Positions 32,464-44,545 of a stretch of 64,000 bases of DNA are shown here, piece by piece; position 1 is the stretch's first letter, and the number at the start of each line of letters is the position of its first letter. The notes under the pieces were generated by a model, which was not told where the DNA came from, ran no database searches, and saw only the letters and a list, made by a program, of their open reading frames with translations. The translations under genes were made by a program, and so were the position numbers. The stretch is from NCBI GenBank assembly GCA_010015585.1, contig ML975155.1. One strand, 5' to 3'. This DNA comes from Eremomyces bilateralis CBS 781.70. Lineage: Eukaryota.

Positions 32464-35400
32464 ATGTCCTTCCGCAACAGCGGCAAAGATGGCAGGAAGA
32501 GGAGGAGCATCCTCGGCATGATGCCGCTGGCATCGTTTGCATCGAATGGATCGGAGGACGAGATCAAGCAGGAGGCCAAGCCCAAAAAATTGGTGAAGAA
32601 CCCTCGCGCATCGCGATCGGATTCAAACCCTTCCTTGAAGGCCTCCGATCATGAAAGGGATTCCTTGGACCGAGTCATGGCCTCTAGTCGGCCTTCGACG
32701 CAACCCAAGGGCAGGCCCGCGTCGCTGTTCGGGTCGCTCCGTTCGCTTCGCTCCCTGGACCATTACGAGGAACCCCTATCAGCAACGAGCATTACACCTT
32801 CAATACATTGGACACCACTCGGAGAGAATGCAATACCACCGTCCCGAGAAGTGCTCCACCATGGAGAGGTTCAAACGAGCAGCTCAATGTTTCGAAAGAA
32901 GAGGGAATATCTCGTGCTTACTGAGACTCACATCGTACGAGTGAAAAGCCAGCAAAAGGCCGCAGATACGTTTCCTTCGTATGCATGACATTACCATAGT
33001 TAGCTGTGCCTCTACTTGCTAACTATGTTGTAGAATTTCACCGTCCAATGGCAAAGGCCTATACGCTAGACATCGCTCAACCAACTCAGGTGGGTCATTG
33101 CATGACCTGCAATCCTTCACTTCGGAAGCATCGGGCGACAAAGACTACGGCATATCTCTCCGTCAAGTGGTTGCCGTGTACAACCCGGGCGACGGAAAGC
33201 CGTACTTCGCGATTGAAGTGGCATGTCTGGACGAAGAGGTGAACCAGGCTTCTATCATGACGTTACAATTTGACGACCCGAATGACCGTGATGCGTGGTT
33301 CTATGCCATTAAAAGCGCCGCCACCCAGGTCTCCATCGCGGATGATCAGCCCATCAGTCCGTACAACCTCAACCTCGCAGCCAGGACTGTGGAGGCAGAG
33401 AATGATTATGACCCGTCTCACTTTCTCGTGTATAAAGTCGTCGTCCGCCCCGCCGGCAAATCATCCACCCGATCTTCCGCCGACGACCTGTCCAAGATTG
33501 TCTCGACCGTGTGTTTTCTCGTCATTGGTGTGCATAAGATCCACCTGATACCCCTGTTTAAATCGCCGAACCGATCGTCCAGTCCAGCGCTTCACCAACC
33601 GTCGAACCAGGGCTCCTTCGGCATCCTGTCCATGTCGGCCGTCTCCCTTCTTGAGGCCGAGGATCCGTTCGAACTCTCCTTCAGGTTTGCACCCCGTAGC
33701 TGCTTCCCTCCGCGGGCGTGATGCTGACCCTTGCGAAGGCAGCCTCTGAAGGCCAATAAAGTCATCCACCTCGCCTCCCTCGCGGCCCCTGATATCGTGG
33801 ACCGGTTGCTCCATGTTGAGCGGTGCTTGCGGCCGGGATGGGTCGAAAAGCCGTATGCTCTCGAGCTGCCTCCGTCAATGAACGAGAAGCTGGTCACCCT
33901 CGAGGACCTACAACTATCCACGGCGGAAACCTTCGAAAGGACCTTGATAGCATATTGTGTGGCCTACGGCACTGACCCGGCGCATATCCGGTAAGTTAAT
34001 CGTCAACGGTGGCAATCCATGGCCTGATTTTATCCCTCAGCTTGTAATATGCTTCACTCAACCCTTCTAACGGCAAGACAGATATCAAGTGTCCGAGCGA
34101 TATGACAATACGCAATGCTTCGAGCTCCTTCCACCCGTGGGAGCCCCGAAAGTTGCCTATCATGAGTTAGAGCTTCTGGCCGTCATGCGCGCGTTACGGT
34201 ACAACATAGCCTTTAACAGCATATCCTTTGCCAAGGTGTCCCTTGATCCGCTCCGACGCATATATGATCCATATGGTACGGATTATATGTGCATACCCCG
34301 AAACGCCCTTGCCGCCTATCCATCGCTGCAGGAGGATTTCCAGGCCTCTTCACTGTTAGTCTCCGAGACACGGCTGTTGGCGATGGCCAACACGAAGTTA
34401 CGAGGCCTCGATTTCGACTCTTGCATCAAGCAAGTGCCGCGTGAACCGGGCGATGATGACCAGCAGCCCAACGACGGCTGCGCGCTGGTGGAGGCGCTCA
34501 TCCCGCTGTGCAAGACCCAGCTGACCAATGTGGATTGGATTGGATTCAACAACATCCAGCTGGGCGAGCTCGATATCGAGTATATCGTGGACGCGGCCGC
34601 CGACCGAGCGTGTCATTTCCGTGCGCTGGAACTGAGCAACTGCGGCCTGAACGACCGATCTTTGTCGCTAGTCCTGGACGCTCTGCGCGCACAGGAGAAT
34701 ACGCTAGAGTCGATTGACTTCTCCCGCAGCGCGGGACGGCTGAGCCCCGCGATCTTTGAGGGCCAGATCGGCGTGTTTGGATACCTGAGGAGCCTGAACT
34801 TATCGTACCTGTCGACAACGGGTGGCAATGAGGCACTGATACCCGCGGAAATTCTTATGAAGTGGAACCTTCAGAAACTTGCTCTCAGCGGATCCCCGAT
34901 CAGCGGCGCGATGCTTGATGCCATTGCTGTGTAAGTATTCTGCATTATCCATTTGAAAAGTTGATCTGACGGCTTCCACAGCTATCTCGAAAGTCCCAAG
35001 TCTTCCTGTTTGCAAGAGCTACGGCTCGATCACACTGCCATGACTGGGGGCGAAATGGCTAAAATCCTCCTTGCGATGACCAAGGAAGAAGGGTCGGAGC
35101 GTGAATTACACCTTGACTTGAGCGAGAACCGACCGGAAAAGGACCACCGTCTATTATCTTGGGCCATATCGAACGGACATGCACCGTCGAATCTTACCAT
35201 AAAATACCTGGAATATGAGAACGAAAGCCTCTTCCGCGAATTGATCCTTGCGTTAGGGAAGAACCGAACGATCCGATCCTTGGATATCTCAAAGGCAAAG
35301 CTGCCTCATGACGCCTCGGACGAGACCTGCAATGCCCTGGAGGCTTTGTTTAAATACAACACGTCCCTTGTCAGCCTCGACATCTCGGGAGAAGATTCGA

Positions 35401-36155
35401 AACTGGAGACATCGAAACTCGGAGTCGGCCTAAACCAAGCTCTCCACGGCCTGAAGGAGAACAAGGCCCTCCGATCGCTGTCCATCCAATACCAAATGCT
35501 CGGCTTGCCCGGGGCCAGTACGCTCGCCGACGTCCTCAAAATCAACGACACCCTCCAATACCTTTTTTGCGAACACAACGCCATTCCCCTCTCCGGCTTC
35601 ACCGACCTCATCAACACCCTCTACCGCAATACCTCCATCCTCTACCTCCCCGAGATGCAAGAAGGCCGCGATGACGCCCTCCGCCAGACCGAATCCCAAG
35701 TCAAAGCCATCCAAGACGACGCCGTCGCCCACACCCCGGGCAAGTCCTCCGTGCGCACCAAGCTCGCCCGCACCGCCCGCCCCTCCCACCGCCGCCAGTC
35801 CTCTAGCATCAGCTTCTCCGACCAGGACATCCAAGCGGCCCTCCGCCTCGTTGAGGAAAGCTGGGACCGCCAGGTCTATCGACTTCGTTTATATATGTAT
35901 CGGAACAACTGCATCGCGCAGGGCATCCCCGCGGAGATGGAGATCCTCGAGGAGGAATACGAAAGACCCGACGACGCGATGTCGAGTACGGGGAGGATCT
36001 TGGAGCAGGTGAAGAGCGAGACTACGCCGCGCGTGGAGAAGGAGCTGGAGCTGGGTAAGGGGGAGCAATCGCGGGACACGAATGGGGAGGAGATGTCGCT
36101 GACAGATGAGATCGAGCTTATGCTGGGATGGGCGAAGAAGGGAGAGAAGGCGTGA
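32464..36155 (+). CDS. PH-like + RNI-like leucine-rich-repeat protein (CARMIL-like architecture)
   Basis: Five exons; HGEVQTSSSMFRKKREYLVLT..HIVR (PH-like), repeated LxxLxLSxN units (LELSNCGLND, IRSLDISK, LVSLDISG). Confidence 0.8.
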
Positions 36156-37101
36156 AATGGGAGGTAGCACAGCACTCCTTGAACCCCTTGCGCTCAAGCG
36201 CGGATCGAAGCGTCTGCCGATAACAATCCAGCTTCCAAACCCTCACAATCTCCGTATACGAAGCGATTCGCCGGTCATAACGGCTGCCAGGCCACTCCAC
36301 AATCTCCCTAACCCGCTCACCCAAGGGCTTCCATGACCGACCTCTTTTGGTCCCGGGTCTAGCCCGGTTCGTACACTTGGAACTCTTCGCTTTTAAGATC
36401 CAGTATCCGGTAGCCGGCGGAACCCCACATTCGCGAAAAGTATCGCTATTGGAGAGGTCGCGGCGATGCCGACGGAGAGCCTGGACTTCGCGCGGTCGGC
36501 CAGACGTGACCGGCGGGCGCGGGGGTTTGTGGAGGGGTAGGGATGGGCTCGTAGGGTGGTGTAGGGTTTTTTGCGACGGCGTAATTTCATGATGTAGCTA
36601 GTTTGGGTTGTCTATATTCATTCTATGAAGAGATAAACGTCTATAAGTTGATAATATCGCTCCTAGAGGGTACGTCATAGGGTGTCTAAATGGTGCTACG
36701 ACTATTGTATCAATCCTGGCCCCTGGGTTGTTATCCTCTGTAAATCGATGGCCTTGTCTCCGTAGGTTGTGCTCCTCGAGTCTATCATGCAATCATCTAT
36801 GGCGAGGATTGATTGTCATTGGTTATTGCTCGCTCGACCTGTTGTGGATCCAACTTCCGGAGTCACAGCAGGAATGATGTGATAATTGCAGATACATAAC
36901 AATGCATTCGAGGCAGGTCAAGCAATCATGCCCCGAACAAGGGTCCCCAGATTATCTGTGGAGTAGAATCAGCCCTTTCCGTCCGAGAAAGCTTCAATTA
37001 TTTATCTCTCTCCTGATCCCGTATCCAATGCCGGTTTATTGCACCAAACCGTAGACGTTCGTCTTGTCTCTCCGTCCTAAGGAAGGCGACACTTCCTCAC
37101 T

Positions 37102-37748
37102 ATGCCTCCGGGTGGAAGACTCCAAGATGAGGAACTGGATCGTGCGGCATGGCAAGCTGCCAAAGCTGGCGCAATCGGTGCGGCAAAGGTACGTTTCCGC
37201 AACAATTGTACTTCATATTAGAATTTCCTACTTCGACATTGTTTTTTGAGTCTCTGTATTGTAAGGTCGCGTGTTTCTGTTTATTTGAGGAATCACTATC
37301 CGTGCTGTCATCGAAGGCTGCTGACGAAACCTCCCTCTCAGTGGGGCGTAGGTGCAGCAATGTTAGGGGGAGCGGCATACTTCTACAGTCCGATATATCG
37401 TGGATTGACCATCCAATTCAAAATGTAAGGATGTCTCCCTTTACCCTCACTCCCTAAGCATATTGTCTAGTCGGCAACGAGCAAGAACCATCTCTACCCC
37501 CTGCCGGTCCTGTCCTGTATTGGTCCTAATAACAGCCATGGCACAGCTATCTCCAGATGTCCGCGATGACGCTCGGTGGGATCCTCAAAGGGGAGAGCTA
37601 CATGCATGACCATAAGATCCGAATGAGACATTACCGCCGGCTACAGAGCGATAGTCGGAAGTGGAGGGAGAACGAGGCGGACTATGAGAGTCGAGGGACG
37701 CCGGGGGTGGGAAGCGAGGGACATGTAGGACGTAGAGAGGATAGATAA
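37102..37748 (+). CDS. Small membrane protein resembling the Rcf2 N-terminus / Rcf3 (123 aa)
   Basis: Exons 37102-37188, 37342-37424, 37547-37748 (372 nt) give MPPGGRLQDEELDRAAWQAAKAGAIGAAKWGVGAAMLGGAAYFYSPIYRGLTIQFKIYLQMSAMTLGG...; canonical donors, branch points and acceptors. Confidence 0.75.
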
Positions 37749-38081
37749 TATAATGATTCGTCTCCTTGGATACGACATGGAGTTGTTTGGTTCAGACACG
37801 AGAAGTCCGTCCCAGTCCACGTTCTATATCTCTTGCTCGTGGTCGACATGATCTGATCTGATACCAAAGCACGACTTGACTGTTTGCCTACTTAGTTGCC
37901 TCAGAGCCTTGCTGCCTTATCCTGCTCATGCCATCCTCACTGCCACGATCCTCCCGTCCTCTTCCACCTTGACCGCAACGTGTCTTTCTTCCTCAACATC
38001 ACCAGTAACATCACGAATTTCTTGTGGAAGATAGACCTCTAAGCTCCAAGGACCCCAAAGCCTCCATCGGCAGAATTCAAA

Positions 38082-39364
38082 ATGGACGTGTTTTGGGCCG
38101 CTCCCCCGGTGTCAAGGTACCTGACCCACAACCTGGATTGTTTGCAGCATCAAATCTGATAGCTGATCCCAGAACCATCACAGCCTTCTCGTTTGTGATG
38201 TCGACCTTGTCCCATACCGGGTTTCTGTTTCTCGACCCCGGCAGTTTGGTCTTCTTCCCGCCGTTGGTGTTCGGTAAATTGCCGCCGGAGCTCTGGAGGG
38301 TGGTCACATCATGCTTTCTAACCAGAGGTGGCCTCGCACTTTTATTTGAGCCGTATATGCGTGAGTTTCCCGCTCGATGTTGGTCGAAGATTTCTGACCG
38401 GATTAGTGTATCAATATGCGAGCGGCCTCGAGCGCGAATCGTCACGATTCCCGAATCCTGGGGATTTCTTCATTTTCCTCATTTTCCTTTGCACGGTGAT
38501 AATTGTAGGTCTTGCATTTGTTCCTTTACAATTTGGTCCTCGCACTCTCATATCCTTCCCCCTTATAGTTCACCAAACCTCACATTTCTGCCCGTACGGC
38601 CTCTAGTGGCTGTCACGGTTCCTGGTACCCAGGGAGATTGACCCTTCGTCAATGTTCGATCAATCATTCGCAATACTAAACAATCGAGCTTGGCGGAGGA
38701 ATGGTGGGCGCCTATCTTGCTGCCGCTGCCTCAAAGGCTTGGTTAGCCGGTAGGCGCCCTACATTCTTAGCTGTTTGAAATGTTATTTGAAATCGAGCCT
38801 TGTGGTCTTCGCGTCATTATATTATTGATTGAATTCTGGTTGCTAACTGAATTAAGGGACTGGCCTACACTATACTGGGGGCCGAGATGTTCCTTCCAGG
38901 TTGGTACATCCGCTATCATTTATAGACGACTCTGACCTCGTATAGCCCTCATTTTGGCGTTGGCCTACACCTTTGCGCAGGATAACCCGGACCGACAAGT
39001 CAACGTGATCTTCATTAACATGCCGGCCAAGTTCATGCCATATGCGATGCTCTTCCTTACCTACATCGTGGTCGGCCCTTACATGATGTATGTTGAGATC
39101 ACCGGTCTGGTTGCCGCTCATCTCTACAACTTCTTGACGAAGATTTGGCCTGCCTTCGGCGGAGGCACCAATATCATCAAGACCCCGGGTTTTGTGAGCA
39201 GGTGGTTTGGTGGAGGAAGCCCGCAGGCTAGGAGCTTCGGTATGGCCTACCCGGGACGAGTAACTGCTGCACAGAACCAGCCGGGTTCTGGGTCAGGTAG
39301 CGGATTCGGAGGCTTTGGCTCGGCATGGCAGAGAAGAGGTGGCGGGAGACGCCTTGGAGAGTGA
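38082..39364 (+). CDS. Derlin (Der1/Dfm1 family) ERAD rhomboid pseudoprotease
   Basis: Exons 38082-38116, 38173-38360, 38407-38504, 38857-38899, 38946-39364 (260 aa); PPVSRT, PELWR (WR motif), GLVAAHLYNFL, C-terminal SHP-box-like GGGRRLG. Confidence 0.92.
38585..38763 (+). ncRNA. Candidate structured intronic RNA in Derlin intron 3
   Basis: Six stems found by eye; G-U pairs favour the + strand; ends hairpin-ACA; family not identified. Confidence 0.55.
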
Positions 39365-39868
39365 AGATTGCAAGCGTGCTTTGTACCATTTAATTTGATG
39401 AAATCATATTCCATGCACTGGAATATCTAACTCGAATGTCTCTCGCGAGCATCTGCAACCCAATACTCTGCATTGCATTTCCCCGGGTCGGTTCGGATGC
39501 ACTATAGCGACATCATATTGTGGCGGTGCAGTCCGCGGTTCCTCGCTGTTACTGGCGCCTTCCCCGTCATTTCCGTTCAAGTTGCAAAGGGAATGTAATT
39601 ACATAACCACAGTCCATAGACTGATCCTACAAAGTTGGAATAAACAATCGCAAAATTTGACATTCACGATCTCTTTATCCCCTTCGGTGTACATTCATTG
39701 ATTGTCTAGCGCTGCTTTCGTTAGCAAGTCGCTTGCTTTTATTGTCCGGCGTTCGAACGCGTCCCTCGGGTCCCATCCAAGCCCGGGAACGCCGACGTCA
39801 CACAATTGTTTAAGAGCCTTATCCCCAACCCTATGCGACATCAATAACGCGGCGGTCATTGGGCGGCC

Positions 39869-42213
39869 ATGTATATATCAGCTGCACCAAATGCCGTTCC
39901 AGCTGTCTCCATAACTCCTCTCACCCTCGCCCGGTACGCCGCAGCCGCCAGCGAAGAAATCGATCCGCACCACCGCAGCGAACAATGGTCCTCCTTCATC
40001 GGCATCATCACCGCCATTGTGGGCAATATCCTGATATCATTCGCGCTGAACACGCAGCGGTATGCGCATACGCGGCTGGAACGGCAGTACAAGGAGCGGA
40101 AGAAGGCGAGATGGAAAGCGGAGAATCGACGGAATGGCGTGGGCGCGTATGGGATCGGCTCGGAGCAAGCGGACCGAAATGGAAGCGCGATAGGACATGA
40201 TTCACCTAATGGTCATGATGGAGAAGAGGAGGCAACCGAGACAGACACGCTTCTGCCTAGGAGCATTGACAGAGATTCGTCCGAGATAGAAAGGGAACAG
40301 ACCGACTCTGACGACAGCGCCTCGCAATCCTATTTACGCTCGCCATATTGGTGGACGGGCATCATCCTCATGATCATCGGCGAAGCTGGCAACTTTCTCG
40401 CGTACGGCTTTGCGCCCGCATCGATCGTCTCGCCGCTCGGCGTGGTGGCGCTCATCTCGAACTGCATGATCGCGCCATTTATGCTCAAGGAGCCGTTTCG
40501 AGGGAGGGACTTTTTTGGCGTCCTCATTTCCATTACGGGCGCGGTGACCGTCGTCCTGAGCGCGAACACCACAGACCCGAAGCTTGGACCGGACGAGTTG
40601 TTGGATCTGATGTCGCGGTTGGAGTTTAAGATCTACCTTGGGATCACGACGGCGATGATATTTGGGTTGATGTGGGTGAGCGCGAGGTATGGGCAAAAGT
40701 CTATATTCGTGGATCTGGGTCTTGTCGGGCTATTTGGTATGTTTATCGTAGGTTCAAACTCTAAAACGCTGCTAACCTGTTATCCGTAGGCGGCTATACT
40801 GCTCTTTCGACCAAGGGCGTCGCATCGCTGCTTTCCTATACCCTGTTCCGAGCGCTGACGTTCCCTATGACATATTTGCTGGTCTTCGTCTTGATTCTCA
40901 CTGCGGTCATGCAAATCCGCTATGTAAACCGGGCGCTCCAGCGGTTCGATGCAACCCAGGTCATCCCTACGCAGTTCGTCATGTTCACTCTATCGGTCAT
41001 CATCGGAAGCGCCGTGTTGTATCGCGATTTTGAGAGAACTTCAGGGGACTCGTCCGGAAAGTTCATTGGTGGTTGCGCCCTGACGTTCATGGGCGTCTGG
41101 CTGATCACGAGTGCCCGCGAACCCAGGGAGGAAGACGATGGTTTTGGATTCGAAGAAGAGGAGGAGGAACACATCAACCTGGCCCGGGACTCAAGGCGCC
41201 CGAGCATCCAGCAACGGGACGATCGCAGGGACAGTATCCGACACAATCCTCACGCCTCACTCCCAATGTCTCTCGGAACTCCAACACGATCAAGAGCGCC
41301 GCATTTACCCGTCACCGGCACTACCCCGGCCTTGGCTCCACCCGAAACCATCGAGGAGCAATCTCCCGAAACCCTTCGACCACAAACACCCCAGCACATG
41401 GCGCTTCATTCCGATCTGGACACGCCATCCGAAGTCTCTTCCATTGCCTCGACACCTACACTGCCCACTAATCACGCATTCGACTCGCATTCTCCCCTTC
41501 TCAACTCATACCAGGACGACTCCCACGAATCCTCGCAAACGCCCAAAAGGGCCGGTTTCCTCCACCCGCTCACATCCCTCTTCACCACGACCCCCTCGAA
41601 ACCCCCTTTCGAAACCCCCTCGCACTCCACCCCCTCCCTCCCCACCATCCCACCTCACCACCCCCTCCCACTACCCCGCACCCCCACCACCGGCACCACC
41701 TCCGGCCCCACCACCCCAACCCAATCCCATCCCCATCCTTCTTCCACCACCCATGGTCCCAAACCCCGCCGCTCCCTCACCAACCTCCTCCGCCACCCTC
41801 CCCCCCTCTCCACCCCCCTCTCCTCCTCCCTCAGCGCCGTCGTCGCCGACGAACTCCGCCGCGGCCCGCCGCGCCCCCTCCGCCGCCGCCACACCATCCG
41901 CTCCCCGCTCCCCGCCGCCAGCGCACCCGTGACGCCTAACTCAATCGGGTCACGGTCGCGCGGGGTTAGTGACGCCGGGTCGATCTCGGGGATGTTAGGC
42001 GGCGGCGGGGGTGGGTCGGTGTGGAGTGGGTTGGCGAGGACGAGGAGCGCGGAGGTGGGAGAGTGGGAGGAAGGGAAAAGGAGGAGAGGGTTGGGGGAGA
42101 TTTGGGGGGGTTGGAAGAGGAGGGGGAAAGAGGGGAGGGGGGAGGGGGAGGGGGAGGGGGAGCGGGAGGCTGATGTGGAGGCTGGTACGACGGAGGAAGC
42201 GGAAGGACGGTAG
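39869..42213 (+). CDS. NIPA/DUF803 magnesium transporter family protein
   Basis: GNILISFALNTQR, YLRSPYWWTG, GEAGNFLAYGFAPASIVSPLG, NRALQRFDATQVIPTQFV; intron 40737-40789. Confidence 0.92.
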
Positions 42214-42808
42214 GGTTAGGGGATGGTGGTTATAGACGGTCGCCTGGCGAGGTCTTGGTGATATCCAATTTGTGCAACGACTGTCGATATGGTCAGGTCT
42301 GAGCAGAGCCTGAAAGATACCCGCGGCGGTTGCCGTGCATGAGGGGCATTTTCGTTCCCTGTTAATAATACTTTCGTAGTTAAGTACCGGCGATATTAAT
42401 GTCGCCATCGTAACATGACGTACAATATCCCAACCGCCTACATGCTCTCTTACGTGATTCTCAACGTACGAATGAGGGATTATAGCCACTCTTCCATTGA
42501 TTCCTACGGTAGCTACAGAACCTCCCCCGTCCCGTTCAGCTGCCAATAAATCCCCGTCCCACATCCCCACGAGCCATCCATTCACCTCGCGAATTTTCTA
42601 GAAACCGCAAATGTCCTCATAATCCCTTGAAAAGCGCAAATGAAAGTAGTGTGGTTAATAAACCCACGGGCCATGGCGATATCATATCTGAGCAGCCGTC
42701 CGAACGCCCGCAATGAAATGATCCGTTCCGTCCCCGGTGAACCGGGGTGCCGTCTCGTGTACTTGAGTCCCACCGTTCAGGAGGAAGCACGTATGGAATG
42801 GAGATAGA

Positions 42809-43540
42809 TTAGCGGCTGGTGGGGGTTAGTGGATGAAGGAGATCGGACGGATGGGGAACGTACTCCTCGGCCCACTCGTTCTCCCGACGGATCTGGTCCT
42901 CTTCTTCGGGGGTAAAATCATTCTGGATGTTGAACGTCTTGCGAATCTCCTCGGGGGTCTTCCCCTTGATCATGTTCGCGACGGTCTTGCACCCGACGTC
43001 GAGGAGCGCCTTGATATCGAGGTAGTTGGCCGCCTGGGTGACGTTAGCAATCCGCGATGGGAGAGGGGTTGAGTTATGGGAGACGTACGAGGATGATCTC
43101 GAACAACATCTCCTGGTCCACCTGCATGAACTTCTGATCCCACTCGTCGATGTCGGTGCACTTCTTGCGCGACTCGGAGTCCTCGTCGTTGCTTGGCGGA
43201 GGGTCCTTCTTGTGCTGCTCGCACCACTCGAGGACTTTCCTCAAGACCGCCTCGTTGACCTAGAAGACGGAGTTAGCTCGTGCGGGTGGCGGGTGTTAGG
43301 GGTCTCTATGGAGGACGTCTCACGTTTGGCACAGGGATCGCCTCGGTGGTGGACTCCTCGGGCAGGTCCTCAAGCAGGTGCTTGATGAGAACGGAGCGTT
43401 CGGCGACGGGGCGATCTAGATGGCGGGTGGGTTAGAGGCGGAACTGCATGCGGCGAGGTGGGGTGGGGGACGGGATACTCACCGACTTCGATGACGGCGC
43501 CATCGGAGGAGGTCAGTTGGATTTTCGGAACCGCAGACAT
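42809..43540 (-). CDS. SKP1: SCF ubiquitin-ligase adaptor Skp1 (SconC)
   Basis: [80 protein letters not shown]; four coding introns, last exon completes DR-stop. Confidence 0.96.
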
Positions 43541-44545
43541 GGTAGAAGGAGTGAAGGGATGTAGGATTCAGTAGATGTTCTATGTCTTGGGATGGTTAAG
43601 AGAGCTGAAGAACCGAGGGTTTGTCGTCGTTGTGGATGAGAATGTTATGGAGGCAAGAAGAGGGAGGGAGATGGAGACGGATAGGATTTAAAGGGTAAGA
43701 GTAGGTTGGCTGGCAGAGTGGTTCGCAAGGTTACAGGCAACCGTAAAGTGATAATGCGGGATCGGGTGAAATATGAAACGGAACAGTTGATGGATGTGAA
43801 GTTGGTCAGACTCCAGATGGCGGATGGATCATGGAGGGATGGTTGGTCACTCACCTGGAGAGTGGCACTCAGTGACTTGGGGCCGCAGGCAGAAGTCGCC
43901 CAGCGATCCCGATCGCATAAGTGAGGCATCAACTTATTGTCGCCTGACAGCCTGAGGCGGCAAGGCGGTGAATCAGAATCTGTCAGATCACCTGACCCCA
44001 GCCAGATTAAAGGTGATGGACACGCGTTGATGCCTTAACACCTTAGCAGTCTTGTTTGATAAATATGATATTCCTCAGCCAATCAGCAACCAGCAGCGGA
44101 TTTAGTGCATTGCTGCTGACTTAGGCTTCCCTGCTGCTGATGATTCCATGATCCTGGATCCATCACATTATTCACATATGAACGACCCACGACCAACGTA
44201 TTCCGTATCAACTCTTCTTATTACTAACAACACCTCCGGCTCCGGCTGTCTGCGCAGCTGCTTACCATTTTCTCTCCCTTTTACTATGTACCATTTCTAA
44301 TACTGTTTCATTTCATTCCTAAGACCTTTTGTTCATTGTCCTGCTTGCACAACGCGCCCTTTCACTGCCGTCTCCTTCCCCTGCCTCATTGTTCCACACA
44401 ATCCCCTTCGTTCGGCCTCCGCTTTCTTGGAACAAAGACGGACATTAAATGAACATGTCCTCTCCCGAGCTTTTGCCTGACATACTCGACAAACGGGTAC
44501 GCTAGCTCATGCGAAAATTCTCCCCCCGGCGACATACGAGACACG

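Noticed and set aside
38608..38626. GGCTGTCACGGTTCCTGG resembles the 5' Alu end of yeast SRP RNA
   Set aside because: No helix-8 SRP54 motif and no Pol III T-run terminator downstream
42211..42221. TAGGGTTAGGG telomere-like sequence
   Set aside because: Under two units, inside a G-rich block; expected by chance
44138..44200. TGATGA box-C-like motif in the SKP1/SMP3 spacer
   Set aside because: No suitably placed box D or terminal stem
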